This document shows, piece by piece, positions 41,405 through 50,227 of a DNA stretch of 64,000 nucleotides (position 1 is the stretch's first letter; each line of letters starts with the position of its first letter). Location of the stretch: contig CAYSEX010000003.1 in the NCBI GenBank assembly GCA_964430305.1, positions 3,837 to 67,836 of the forward strand. Direction: 5' to 3'. The translations under genes and the position numbers were made by a program. Below the pieces are notes generated by a model. The model worked only from the letters and a program-made list of their open reading frames with translations, was not told the DNA's origin and made no database searches. Source of the stretch: an uncultured Chryseobacterium sp. GTDB lineage: Bacteria; Bacteroidota; Bacteroidia; Flavobacteriales_D; Sanyastnellaceae.

Positions 41405-42469
41405 ATGAATCTTTTGAAAAAAATCGCGTATCAACTTCTCATACTTTGGGGCGTTGTTACCTTGGTTTTCATTTTGTTTAATGCAACTGGTAGTGATCCT
41501 GTATCACAATTGGTGGGTGAAAGTGCAACGGAAGAGGTGAAGCAAAATGTTAGAGTTAAATTGGGTTATCACAAAACAGCTTGGATTCGATACTGTGAAT
41601 ATTTGAATAATCTGTCTCCAGTTGGTTATTATCAAGAGGTTAATGCACATGGAGCATTTAACAGGGATACTACACTAATTCGTGGAATTGAAATTTTGAA
41701 GTTCACGCATTCAGGAATTTTTCTGAAATGGCCATCTTTCGGCAGATCTTTTATCACAGAACAATCAGTTTTTGAATTGTATTCAGAATCATTTCCCGGA
41801 ACTTTACTTCTTGCAGTTTCTAGTATTGTATTCAGTATTCTTATTGGTATTCCGATGGGTATATGGGCCTACAAGTGGCATGGAACCTGGCTTGATAATT
41901 TAATTTTATTCATAAGTGCAATTGGGGTTTCTGGTCCATCATTTTTTGTTGCCATTCTTGTGGCATGGATTGGAGCTGTATTATTACAACCATACACTGG
42001 TTTGAATATGACAGGAAGTTGGTATGAAGTGGATGTATGGGAGGGACGTTATTTGAATTTTTCAAATATGATTCTTCCCATGATTACCCTGATGATAAGG
42101 CCTTTGAGTGTTATTGTTCAATTGGTAAGAAGTTCAATGCTCGAGGTCATGTCATTGGATTATATTCGAACTGCAAGAGCGAAGGGATTGTCTGAATTCA
42201 ATGTGCTATATAAACATGCTTTGCCCAACGCGCTGAATCCTGTTGTTACGGCTATTTCAGGTTGGTTTGCTAGTCTTTTAGCAGGAGCTGTTTTTGTGGA
42301 GTTCGTTTTTGGTTGGAAGGGAATTGGTCAACTCATGTACTCTGCATTGGAAAAGCAAGATCTTCCCATTATTATGGCAGGTGTTATTTGGGTTGCCATC
42401 ATTTTTATATTAGTCAACGCACTCGTTGAATTGATTTATCGTAAACTAGATCCTCGCATTTCTGACTAG
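41405..42469 (+). CDS. ABC transporter permease (DppB/OppB-type), with no adjacent ATPase or binding protein
   Basis: It has an EAA-like loop (DYIRTARAKGLSEFNVLYKHALPNAL) and six TM segments. The start was set at the internal Met (MNLLKKIAYQ). Confidence 0.8.
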   Translation: MNLLKKIAYQLLILWGVVTLVFILFNATGSDPVSQLVGESATEEVKQNVRVKLGYHKTAWIRYCEYLNNLSPVGYYQEVNAHGAFNRDTTLIRGIEILKFTHSGIFLKWPSFGRSFITEQSVFELYSESFPGTLLLAVSSIVFSILIGIPMGIWAYKWHGTWLDNLILFISAIGVSGPSFFVAILVAWIGAVLLQPYTGLNMTGSWYEVDVWEGRYLNFSNMILPMITLMIRPLSVIVQLVRSSMLEVMSLDYIRTARAKGLSEFNVLYKHALPNALNPVVTAISGWFASLLAGAVFVEFVFGWKGIGQLMYSALEKQDLPIIMAGVIWVAIIFILVNALVELIYRKLDPRISD

Positions 42470-43242
42470 CCTTTTCGAAAAGAATAGGTTGAAATTGATG
42501 AAATGTGTTCGTAATGACTCATTAGTATTGGATGGTTGCAATTAAGCACATGTTGCACCCATTCAGTATATTCCATGAATTCTAAAAATGGTGAAGCTGT
42601 CTCAATGGTATCATGATTACTGAAATAGATAATCTCATTTCTCGGGGGTAATGATGATGGAAATTTTTGATTTTCGATCAATGAATTTCTGAAATGGTGA
42701 TTCAGAATAAAATCAGCAAAGACCAATTTTTCAGGTTGAATGTAATCATCTAAAATGACTTCGAAATTAAAATTTCGTTTTATGAATTCTATTAGTGAAG
42801 TTGGAATGTGAAATGCGGCATCGAGTCGTATGAATTGAACACCGCAATTTTTCAATTGATGAAGGTGATTCATGAGATACGTTTCAACTTCATTGATTGC
42901 ATGATTGAGTTGCCAAACGTCGGTCCAATTGGTATGTATTGGAGAGGCTTGCGTTGAGTATTTGGCCAGAATATGTTTTGGCGAAACGTGATTCAATACC
43001 ACGTCCACACCAATATTTAGATTTAAACCGTTGGCTAATTTGCAAAAGGATTCGAAGTCATTCCAATTTCCGAAATCAGGTTTAATCGTATTGTGCGAAG
43101 TAATGCAATAAGGAGACTCCTGTGATTCAAAGAAGGGAAGTAAGAGTATATGCGTGAAATCAGATGCTTTCAATTGCATTAAGGCTTTTGAGGCCATATG
43201 AAAGGACTTGAATTCAGGAATTGACCATTCAATGATTTTCAT
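42466..43242 (-). CDS. Minimal GH13 (alpha-amylase family)-like protein, 258 aa
   Basis: All four GH13 signature regions can be picked out: DVVLNHVS (I), FIRLDAAFH (II), NFEVILDD (III) and YFSNHDT (IV). Confidence 0.55.
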   Translation of the reverse strand: MKIIEWSIPEFKSFHMASKALMQLKASDFTHILLLPFFESQESPYCITSHNTIKPDFGNWNDFESFCKLANGLNLNIGVDVVLNHVSPKHILAKYSTQASPIHTNWTDVWQLNHAINEVETYLMNHLHQLKNCGVQFIRLDAAFHIPTSLIEFIKRNFNFEVILDDYIQPEKLVFADFILNHHFRNSLIENQKFPSSLPPRNEIIYFSNHDTIETASPFLEFMEYTEWVQHVLNCNHPILMSHYEHISSISTYSFRKG

Positions 43243-43885
43243 TACCTTTTCTTTTAACCATCATCATACCATCTCGAAGTGGAAGTAAAACGTTCTCAAA
43301 TTGTTCGTCTTCCTGAATTTTTCTGTTTAAATCCAGCAGTACTTGCGTGTCTAAATCCTTTTCAACAAGGGGTTGTATAACTTTCCCATTCCATAGAACA
43401 TTGTCAATAAGAATGACTCCAAATGAGCTTACATGTTTTGAACACCAATCCCAATACTGGTTATATCCTTGCTTGTCGGCATCAATGAATATGAGATCAA
43501 ATTCACCGTCAATTTCGTTCATGGTCTTTTTCGCATCGCCATATTTTGTGGTAATCAACTTCCCTTTGGAATGTTGAGGAAAATACTTCTGATGAAAATA
43601 AGACAGCTCATCATCTTCTTCTAATGTTATAAGTTCACCATTTTCCTTCAATCCTTCAACCAAACAAAGTGCGCTATAGCCCGTATAGGTTCCAATTTCT
43701 AGAATTCTACGTGGTTGAACCAGTTTGGATATGAATTTCAAGTATGCACCTTGAAGTGATCCACTAAGCATGCGCGGATTAATTACCTTCTGCCATGTTT
43801 CTTTTGCAAGGTTTTGAAGTAATTCAGATTCAGATGATGAATGTTGTTCACAATATTGCGTTAATGGTTGTCCAATAAAATCCAT
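43229..43885 (-). CDS. Class I SAM-dependent O-methyltransferase (family 3, caffeoyl-CoA OMT-like)
   Basis: It has ILEIGTYTGYSALCL (SAM motif I) and FDLIFIDADKQGY. Confidence 0.8.
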   Translation of the reverse strand: MDFIGQPLTQYCEQHSSSESELLQNLAKETWQKVINPRMLSGSLQGAYLKFISKLVQPRRILEIGTYTGYSALCLVEGLKENGELITLEEDDELSYFHQKYFPQHSKGKLITTKYGDAKKTMNEIDGEFDLIFIDADKQGYNQYWDWCSKHVSSFGVILIDNVLWNGKVIQPLVEKDLDTQVLLDLNRKIQEDEQFENVLLPLRDGMMMVKRKGNENH

Positions 43886-43911
43886 AAAACAAAGGTACAG
43901 CCATTACATTT

Positions 43912-44529
43912 GTGCATATGAATTTGAGTAAAGAAATGTTCATGCGCATGGGAATTGCAACCTTGCTCATACCGTTGGTCATAACGTTTGTTTTATATCA
44001 ATTCAATTTCACGTCATTTTTGATTCCCGTTTTGGTTGGCAAGTTTTCAATTGGTATTCAAATATTAATTGGAATTGCAGGTGGTGGGTGTATGATGCTG
44101 TTGGCTTTTTTTATGAGCAAGTGGGAATATTTGAACGAAGTTCAATCTAAGTTTACCCTACAGTTGGGCGGATATCAGTTGACCCTGCAAGAAATAGTTT
44201 TTTTGTCTTTTTGTGCGGGCTTTGGTGAAGAGATTTTGTTTCGAGGAATGCTACAGCCATGGTTGGGAGTGTTTTTTACAGCGTTTTTATTCATTGCCTT
44301 GCATGGATATATAAGCGTTAAATCTTCTGCGCATCTCGTATTTGGTTTGGCACTTTGGTCAATGGGAATTGGCTTAGGCTTGTTAGGGGCCTATAGTGGT
44401 TTAATTTCCGCAGCAATTGCGCATATGATTTATGATATTTATGCTTTTTTGAATATTCAACGTGAGTATGAATCATTGAAATCGAGAAGTAAAATTAATC
44501 TACAAGACAATGAGCAAGAAGAAATCTAA
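43912..44529 (+). CDS. CPBP-family intramembrane glutamic endopeptidase (CAAX protease-like)
   Basis: It has FGEEILFRG, ALHG and AHMIYD motifs in a polytopic protein. Confidence 0.75.
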   Translation: MHMNLSKEMFMRMGIATLLIPLVITFVLYQFNFTSFLIPVLVGKFSIGIQILIGIAGGGCMMLLAFFMSKWEYLNEVQSKFTLQLGGYQLTLQEIVFLSFCAGFGEEILFRGMLQPWLGVFFTAFLFIALHGYISVKSSAHLVFGLALWSMGIGLGLLGAYSGLISAAIAHMIYDIYAFLNIQREYESLKSRSKINLQDNEQEEI

Positions 44530-44863
44530 TTCATTAGACGACCTTGGTGGAATGGTTTACAGCACCAATCCGAACTTTGCCTTTGAGAATGAAAGTGCCG
44601 AACAAGAGTCCATTGATAACAAGGATCAAAAGCTGAAAGTGTGGTTGGAAAAAAATCACAGAGGTGGAAAAACCGCCACCATTGTTAGAGACTATGTGGG
44701 AACGAACGAAGATTTGGAGGTGCTCGGAAAGATGTTAAAGACTAAATGTGGTACGGGTGGAAGTGTTAAAGATCAGGAGATAATAATTCAAGGTGACCAT
44801 AGAGATAAGGTAATTCAGATTTTACTCAATTTAGGATACCAAGCAAAAAAGGCGGGAGGATAA
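44510..44863 (+). CDS. yciH: SUI1/YciH-family translation initiation factor-like protein
   Basis: It has KNHRGGKTATIVRDY...LKTKCGTGGSVKDQEIIIQGDHRDKV. It is 117 aa and overlaps the upstream gene by 20 bp. Confidence 0.8.
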   Translation: MSKKKSNSLDDLGGMVYSTNPNFAFENESAEQESIDNKDQKLKVWLEKNHRGGKTATIVRDYVGTNEDLEVLGKMLKTKCGTGGSVKDQEIIIQGDHRDKVIQILLNLGYQAKKAGG

Positions 44864-44867
44864 TCGT

Positions 44868-46016
44868 ATGCAAATAGCAGTAAGATGTTTACAAGGTTTT
44901 GAATTTTTGTTGAAGCAAGAATTGGAACAACTCGGTGTTAGTGATTTAAAAGAAGGGAATAGAATAGTTCAAGGTACTTGTGAACTGGATGTGTTATACA
45001 AGGTCAACTATTGTTCACGCCTGGCCCTTCGCGTTTTAGTTCCTGTACATGCGTATTCTTTTGGTAGTATCGATGAATTTTACTTGAATGCGTTGAATTT
45101 CCCTTGGGAAGATTGGTTAGATCCAGAGACCACTTTTGCAATTGATCCACAAGTAAGCTCTTTGCAATTCCGTCATGCTCATTTTGCATCCCTGAAACTG
45201 AAGGATGCCATTGCGGACCGATTAAGAAAAGTATACGGATCAAGACCCAATGTAGATACGGCTAATCCAGATGTTCAAATTCATTTATTGGTAAATAGAG
45301 ATCGTGTTCAGATTAGCATGGACAGCAGTGGAAGATCACTGAATCAGCGTGGATACAGAAAGAGTGGGGGTGAAGCGCCAATGAATGAAGTCTTAGCGGC
45401 GGGTATGATTCGTCAAAGCGGATGGAAAGGAGAGAAATCGTTTTATAACCCATTTGCGGGGTCAGGAACCTTACTAATTGAAGCGGCTTATGTTGCTTTT
45501 AATTGGCCTGCCCAATATTTGAATCGGTCGTTCAATTTTCAAACTTGGAAGAATTACTCTGATTCCAGTTGGAAAGATGTTTTGAGCAAGGCACAAAATG
45601 AAATTAATTCCACCGCTACTGTTAAACTATGGGGGAGTGACATTGATGAAAAGCAGTTGACTGTAGCTTGGAAGAATATTGCACAATTGCCAAAACCGGA
45701 CTGTATTGATTTGGTTCGAAAAGATTTTTTTGAAGATGGAATTGAACATGAGAATGAGGTTGTTTTCATTAATCCACCCTACGGTGAACGTATGGAGATT
45801 GATGATTTAAATGCGATCTACAAGCAGTTGGGTCACGTTTTAAAGCACCATTACAAGGGTTGTGAAGTTTGGATTATTTCAAGTGATACTGAGGCGTTGC
45901 ATGCCATTGGACTTCGACCTAAAAAGAAATTAAAAACGTTGAACGGAAAATTGGATTGTGAAATTCGGGGAATGGATCTGTTTTCGGGAACAATGAAATC
46001 TTACAAAACGACCTAA
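44868..46016 (+). CDS. THUMP-domain class I SAM-dependent RNA methyltransferase (RlmL N-terminal-like)
   Basis: It has an N-terminal THUMP-like region, GSGTLLIEAA (SAM motif) and INPPYGER. Confidence 0.8.
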   Translation: MQIAVRCLQGFEFLLKQELEQLGVSDLKEGNRIVQGTCELDVLYKVNYCSRLALRVLVPVHAYSFGSIDEFYLNALNFPWEDWLDPETTFAIDPQVSSLQFRHAHFASLKLKDAIADRLRKVYGSRPNVDTANPDVQIHLLVNRDRVQISMDSSGRSLNQRGYRKSGGEAPMNEVLAAGMIRQSGWKGEKSFYNPFAGSGTLLIEAAYVAFNWPAQYLNRSFNFQTWKNYSDSSWKDVLSKAQNEINSTATVKLWGSDIDEKQLTVAWKNIAQLPKPDCIDLVRKDFFEDGIEHENEVVFINPPYGERMEIDDLNAIYKQLGHVLKHHYKGCEVWIISSDTEALHAIGLRPKKKLKTLNGKLDCEIRGMDLFSGTMKSYKTT

Positions 46017-47191
46017 TTCGACCTGCTGTTTACTACAGGATTTGCATACATCTGCAGCATAATTTCTTTTGCAATACTTAAGAAATTCTCTTTGGGAAGT
46101 TTTGTTTTCTTTCTATTCAAAGAAAGTTTGAATGCGTTAGCACGAATGTAATTTCCAAACGCTATTTTTTGAATTTGACTGTAATGATCCTTGAAATCTT
46201 TGGTGCCATTCAGCAGATCATATGCAATGTAGTTGGTTGGCCACAAATGATAAATCTGATGCATTTGCTTATCTATGGCAGCAGTAAGGTAGCGGTACTT
46301 TTCGTTTTTGTTTACTATAGAGCGCATGTGCTCAATGTCTGAATTTAAGGCATTACCCATGGTAATGTTCACATGCCCTTTGTGTCCTGTGATTCCCTTG
46401 AGCATTGAGAGAAAATCTTCACCCGATTTCTTTTCGTATTCTCCAAATTGCTTTATGTGCATAAGCTCATTGGTTTTTAACAAATCGCAGGGGTCATATT
46501 CATAGGATACGGCCATTGGAATGATGTTCAATTTAAGAAGTGTATCTTCTATATTGGTACCACTCATGGCAAACATTTTCAACAACCCGGTAGCCGTTCT
46601 ATCATCACCATCTTTACTTCGACCCTCTCGCTGTGCAATCCAAATGGAGGTGTTGTCTTGATCAATTGTTTTAGAAATGTAATTTGAAAGTCGTTGGCTA
46701 TAATAGAAAATCTCTTTTGCACTCACATTTCTGTTGACAATGAAATTTTTGTTCGAACGCACAATATCCTCAATCACTTGTTGACGTAGCAAATTATCAC
46801 CAATAGCTATTTGCGTGGATTTGAATCCTTGTTCAAGCAGACTAACATTTAATATGGCGCTATCAAGAATAATATCTCTGTGATTGCTTAAAAACAAATA
46901 CGCGTGCTCTTTGCTTAACGATTCAAAATTGGTGAACGATAATCCACTAGTTGTTGTCTGAATGGCCATTTTAAATGCAGGCCCACTGATTTCACTTTGA
47001 AATTCATCTACCGTTCGCACATCGCGCATCATACGTTGAATGGCCGATTTACTCAAACCAGGATAAACCCATTTCATCATTTTATAGAATTCAGGCACCA
47101 AAAGAATACGTTCAATAGCGAGCTTTAATTCTTCGTCATTGTACGGGCGAATACTATCAAAATTGTTTACATCGAAATTGGATTGTTCCAT
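46013..47191 (-). CDS. PlsC-family acyltransferase (HX4D motif)
   Basis: It has LSNHRDIILDSA (HX4D) and WIAQREGRSKDG blocks, at 392 aa. Confidence 0.7.
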   Translation of the reverse strand: MEQSNFDVNNFDSIRPYNDEELKLAIERILLVPEFYKMMKWVYPGLSKSAIQRMMRDVRTVDEFQSEISGPAFKMAIQTTTSGLSFTNFESLSKEHAYLFLSNHRDIILDSAILNVSLLEQGFKSTQIAIGDNLLRQQVIEDIVRSNKNFIVNRNVSAKEIFYYSQRLSNYISKTIDQDNTSIWIAQREGRSKDGDDRTATGLLKMFAMSGTNIEDTLLKLNIIPMAVSYEYDPCDLLKTNELMHIKQFGEYEKKSGEDFLSMLKGITGHKGHVNITMGNALNSDIEHMRSIVNKNEKYRYLTAAIDKQMHQIYHLWPTNYIAYDLLNGTKDFKDHYSQIQKIAFGNYIRANAFKLSLNRKKTKLPKENFLSIAKEIMLQMYANPVVNSRSN

Positions 47192-47270
47192 TCTTGCGAA
47201 AGTAAGAAATCAATGAAGTTATTTTCGTTTGAGGGGTGTTAAAATATGAACAGGTTGTACTTTTGAATTT

Positions 47271-48203
47271 ATGAAAAAGGTCATTTATATTCTTGTATTA
47301 ACCGTGCTTGTGTATCAGGCATGCACGAATTCGAGCACCCCGCCGGTTGCATCAAAATCTACCGAGTTGGTTGGCGCTTTTGAAGATACGCTCTGGACGA
47401 ATGATGGTGGTATGGTGTATCAATTAAAACTTAAACAAGATAGTTCTTTCTATTTGTATTCTAAAAAGTTAGGTGCGAAAGAAGGAATAAAGACTTTCTT
47501 AGGAAAGTATGAACCAAATGCGGATTGGAGCTCCATTCAACTCAAAAGCACTGATGGTCAGTTGAATTGGAAATGCGATTTAAGTTCCATGTCACAATTG
47601 AAATTGAGTACCGATATTGGAGAGGCTATAATGGACAGAACGGTTGATGTCATAGAACGAGCCAAGGATTTGGTGATTTGCAAACGCATTTTGCCAATTA
47701 GAAAAAATCGAAGTCTAGTTTTTCAGAGAACTGATGACCATGAACTTATTTTAGATGAGGCATTTTTAACGCAGTTAACTGGAGAGCAAAAAGCGGTATT
47801 GGCCTATTATGCTTTTCGTTATGAGACGGGGTGTGTGAATGGAACGTGTTGGCTCACGAAAATGTTGGGATACACTTCGAATGACCTTCGAAATGTGTTG
47901 ACGTTATTTTTAAGTGGAGATAGTTTAGAGAAACCTTGGTTTGCTGCGCCCGTTGAGAATGAAATGAAACCGCAGTTGAAGACAGCCTTTGTTCAGTTAA
48001 CTGCGAATGGAATGGTTGTTCAATACGTGGCAATGGGCAGTCAGGGAAATGCTGTTTCTTTTGTAGACGAGTGGCGATTGAATAACTTGCAATGGTCAAT
48101 CTCATCGCATCAAGCTGCAGGTGTTTCAACGGCTGTATTGTATGAGGGTAATACTGATGTTCAATTACCAAAAGATCAGATCATCATCAATGTTCAGAAA
48201 TAA
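47271..48203 (+). CDS. Hypothetical lipoprotein (310 aa)
   Basis: It has a lipobox-like LVYQAC. No motif was recognised. Confidence 0.5.
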   Translation: MKKVIYILVLTVLVYQACTNSSTPPVASKSTELVGAFEDTLWTNDGGMVYQLKLKQDSSFYLYSKKLGAKEGIKTFLGKYEPNADWSSIQLKSTDGQLNWKCDLSSMSQLKLSTDIGEAIMDRTVDVIERAKDLVICKRILPIRKNRSLVFQRTDDHELILDEAFLTQLTGEQKAVLAYYAFRYETGCVNGTCWLTKMLGYTSNDLRNVLTLFLSGDSLEKPWFAAPVENEMKPQLKTAFVQLTANGMVVQYVAMGSQGNAVSFVDEWRLNNLQWSISSHQAAGVSTAVLYEGNTDVQLPKDQIIINVQK

Positions 48204-48228
48204 AAAAGGCCCCAATCGGGGCCTTTCT
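48202..48228. terminator. Bidirectional terminator-like hairpin
   Basis: The sequence aaaaaAGGCCCCaatcGGGGCCTtt lies between convergent genes. Confidence 0.65.
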
Positions 48229-48251
48229 TATGAAAATAGATTCTCTGAAAA

Positions 48252-48704
48252 TTAGTTCAAACACTTAGCAAGTTCTGCTTCGAATTTTTTACCGTTTTCA
48301 GTACCGTCTTTGTACTTCGGCTCAAGTTCTTTTGCAATAGCGTCCATTTTATCTTCTAAACCTTCAATTTTAGTAGTGTCGCTAGACATCATTGCTTCCA
48401 TATATTGCTTGTAGATATCACAAACTTTCTTCACGTCAGCAGCAATTTCAGCAGCAGCAGCCTCATCTTGACATGGCTTTAATGCGCTTTCAAATTCTTT
48501 CAACTTGTCACCTTCATAGTTCTTCTTCGCTTCGTCCATATAAGCATCGATTTGACCTTGAGCAACTGCCAAAGAAATATCGTTACCAGACTTTAATGCC
48601 TCAGACTTTTCCTTTAAAAGTCCACAAATTTTTTCAGCATCTTTCTTTGGATCGTGACAAGATGCAAGAGCTACTACAGCAGCTAAAAAAAGAAATTTTT
48701 TCAT
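48252..48704 (-). CDS. Hypothetical helical lipoprotein (150 aa)
   Basis: It has a lipobox (LASC) and an Ala/Lys/Glu-rich helical sequence. Confidence 0.5.
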   Translation of the reverse strand: MKKFLFLAAVVALASCHDPKKDAEKICGLLKEKSEALKSGNDISLAVAQGQIDAYMDEAKKNYEGDKLKEFESALKPCQDEAAAAEIAADVKKVCDIYKQYMEAMMSSDTTKIEGLEDKMDAIAKELEPKYKDGTENGKKFEAELAKCLN

Positions 48705-48808
48705 TTTAATTGATTAAGATTTGTTCGCAAGATACATCAGAAAACAAAGAAGCAAACATTGAAAAGTGAATTTTTATGTTCAGGTTTCGTGATTCAGATT
48801 GAAAATCG

Positions 48809-50227
48809 ATGAATATTGCGGGCATGATAAATTCAGAACATCTACAATATTTTACAGGACTTCTTCAACCTGAGCAAATTAAGATGACTGAGGAAGAAAG
48901 GATTGGCTATGCTTCGGATGAAACAGAGAATTATGTGTTTCTTGCTGATGTAGTCTTGCTTCCTAACAATACGAAAGAAGTTGCATCGATACTGAAATAT
49001 TGCAATGCTGAAAAAATTCCGGTAACAGCTTTAGGTGCTTTAACCGGTTTAAGTGGTGGAGCTTTGTGTGTTCATGGAGGAGTTGGCTTGAGTTTAGAAC
49101 GTTTGAATACGATTATTTCTATTGATGAAAACAATGGTCAGGTAACGGTAGAACCTGCAGTTATAACTCAGGTACTTCAGGAGGAATGTGCAAAGAAAGG
49201 GTGGTATTATGCTCCTGATCCAGCGAGTAGAGGATCTTGCAGTATAGGTGGAAATCTTGCTGAAAATAGTGGTGGACCCCATGCAGTAAAATATGGTGTA
49301 ACAAAAGATTTTGTATTGAATTTAGAAGTTGTTTTGGCCAATGGTGATGTGATTTGGACTGGGGCCAATACACTGAAGAACTCAACCGGATACAACCTCA
49401 CTCAGCTCATGGTAGGTAGTGAAGGAACGCTGGGGATCATTACAAAAGCGGTATTGAAACTTGTACCTCTTCCGCCGTTTAACAAATTACTCTTGGCTCC
49501 GTTTCCAAGTGCAGAAAATGCATGTGCTGCGGTGAGCGCCATTTTTCGTGCGGGAATAACACCCAGTGCCTTGGAATTTATGGAACGTGATGCAATAGCT
49601 TACACGCTGCAGTTTGTAGATGATGTGCAGGTTGATTTGACTGGGGTAGAAGCGCATCTTCTTATTGAGGTTGATGGCACAGATGAAGCTTCCTTGATGT
49701 TGGAATGCGAAAAGATATTAGATGTATTGGAAAAGTTTGAGGTGGGTGAAGTTCTCTTTGCCGAAGACCATGAGCAAAAAGAAAAGTTATGGAAGGTGAG
49801 AAGAAAAGTGGGTGAGGCGGTTAAATCACATTCCATTTATAAGGAAGAAGATACCGTGGTGCCACGATTTGAATTGCCTGTTTTACTTCGAGGTGTAAAA
49901 GAGATAGGTTCAAGATATGGTTTTCAGAGTGTTTGCTATGGACACGCTGGTGATGGTAATTTACATGTGAATATACTTAAAGTACAATTGACCGATGAAC
50001 AATGGAGTCAAGAGTTACCTAATGCCATTAAGGAAATTTTTGAATTGGTTGTTTCTTTAAATGGAACATTAAGTGGCGAACACGGAATTGGATTTGTTCA
50101 AAAGGATTACATGCCTATTGCCTTCAATGAAATTCAATTGAATCTCATGAAGCAAATCAAGCAAGTATTCGATCCCAATGGAATATTGAATCCGGGGAAA
50201 ATATTTCCTAGTTCACACTCAATTTAG
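48809..50227 (+). CDS. FAD-linked oxidase (GlcD / D-lactate dehydrogenase family)
   Basis: It has FAD-binding PCMH-type blocks (PVTALGALTGLSGGA, GGNLAENSGGPHAVKYG, LMVGSEGTLGIIT) and a C-terminal GTLSGEHGIG. Confidence 0.85.
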   Translation: MNIAGMINSEHLQYFTGLLQPEQIKMTEEERIGYASDETENYVFLADVVLLPNNTKEVASILKYCNAEKIPVTALGALTGLSGGALCVHGGVGLSLERLNTIISIDENNGQVTVEPAVITQVLQEECAKKGWYYAPDPASRGSCSIGGNLAENSGGPHAVKYGVTKDFVLNLEVVLANGDVIWTGANTLKNSTGYNLTQLMVGSEGTLGIITKAVLKLVPLPPFNKLLLAPFPSAENACAAVSAIFRAGITPSALEFMERDAIAYTLQFVDDVQVDLTGVEAHLLIEVDGTDEASLMLECEKILDVLEKFEVGEVLFAEDHEQKEKLWKVRRKVGEAVKSHSIYKEEDTVVPRFELPVLLRGVKEIGSRYGFQSVCYGHAGDGNLHVNILKVQLTDEQWSQELPNAIKEIFELVVSLNGTLSGEHGIGFVQKDYMPIAFNEIQLNLMKQIKQVFDPNGILNPGKIFPSSHSI

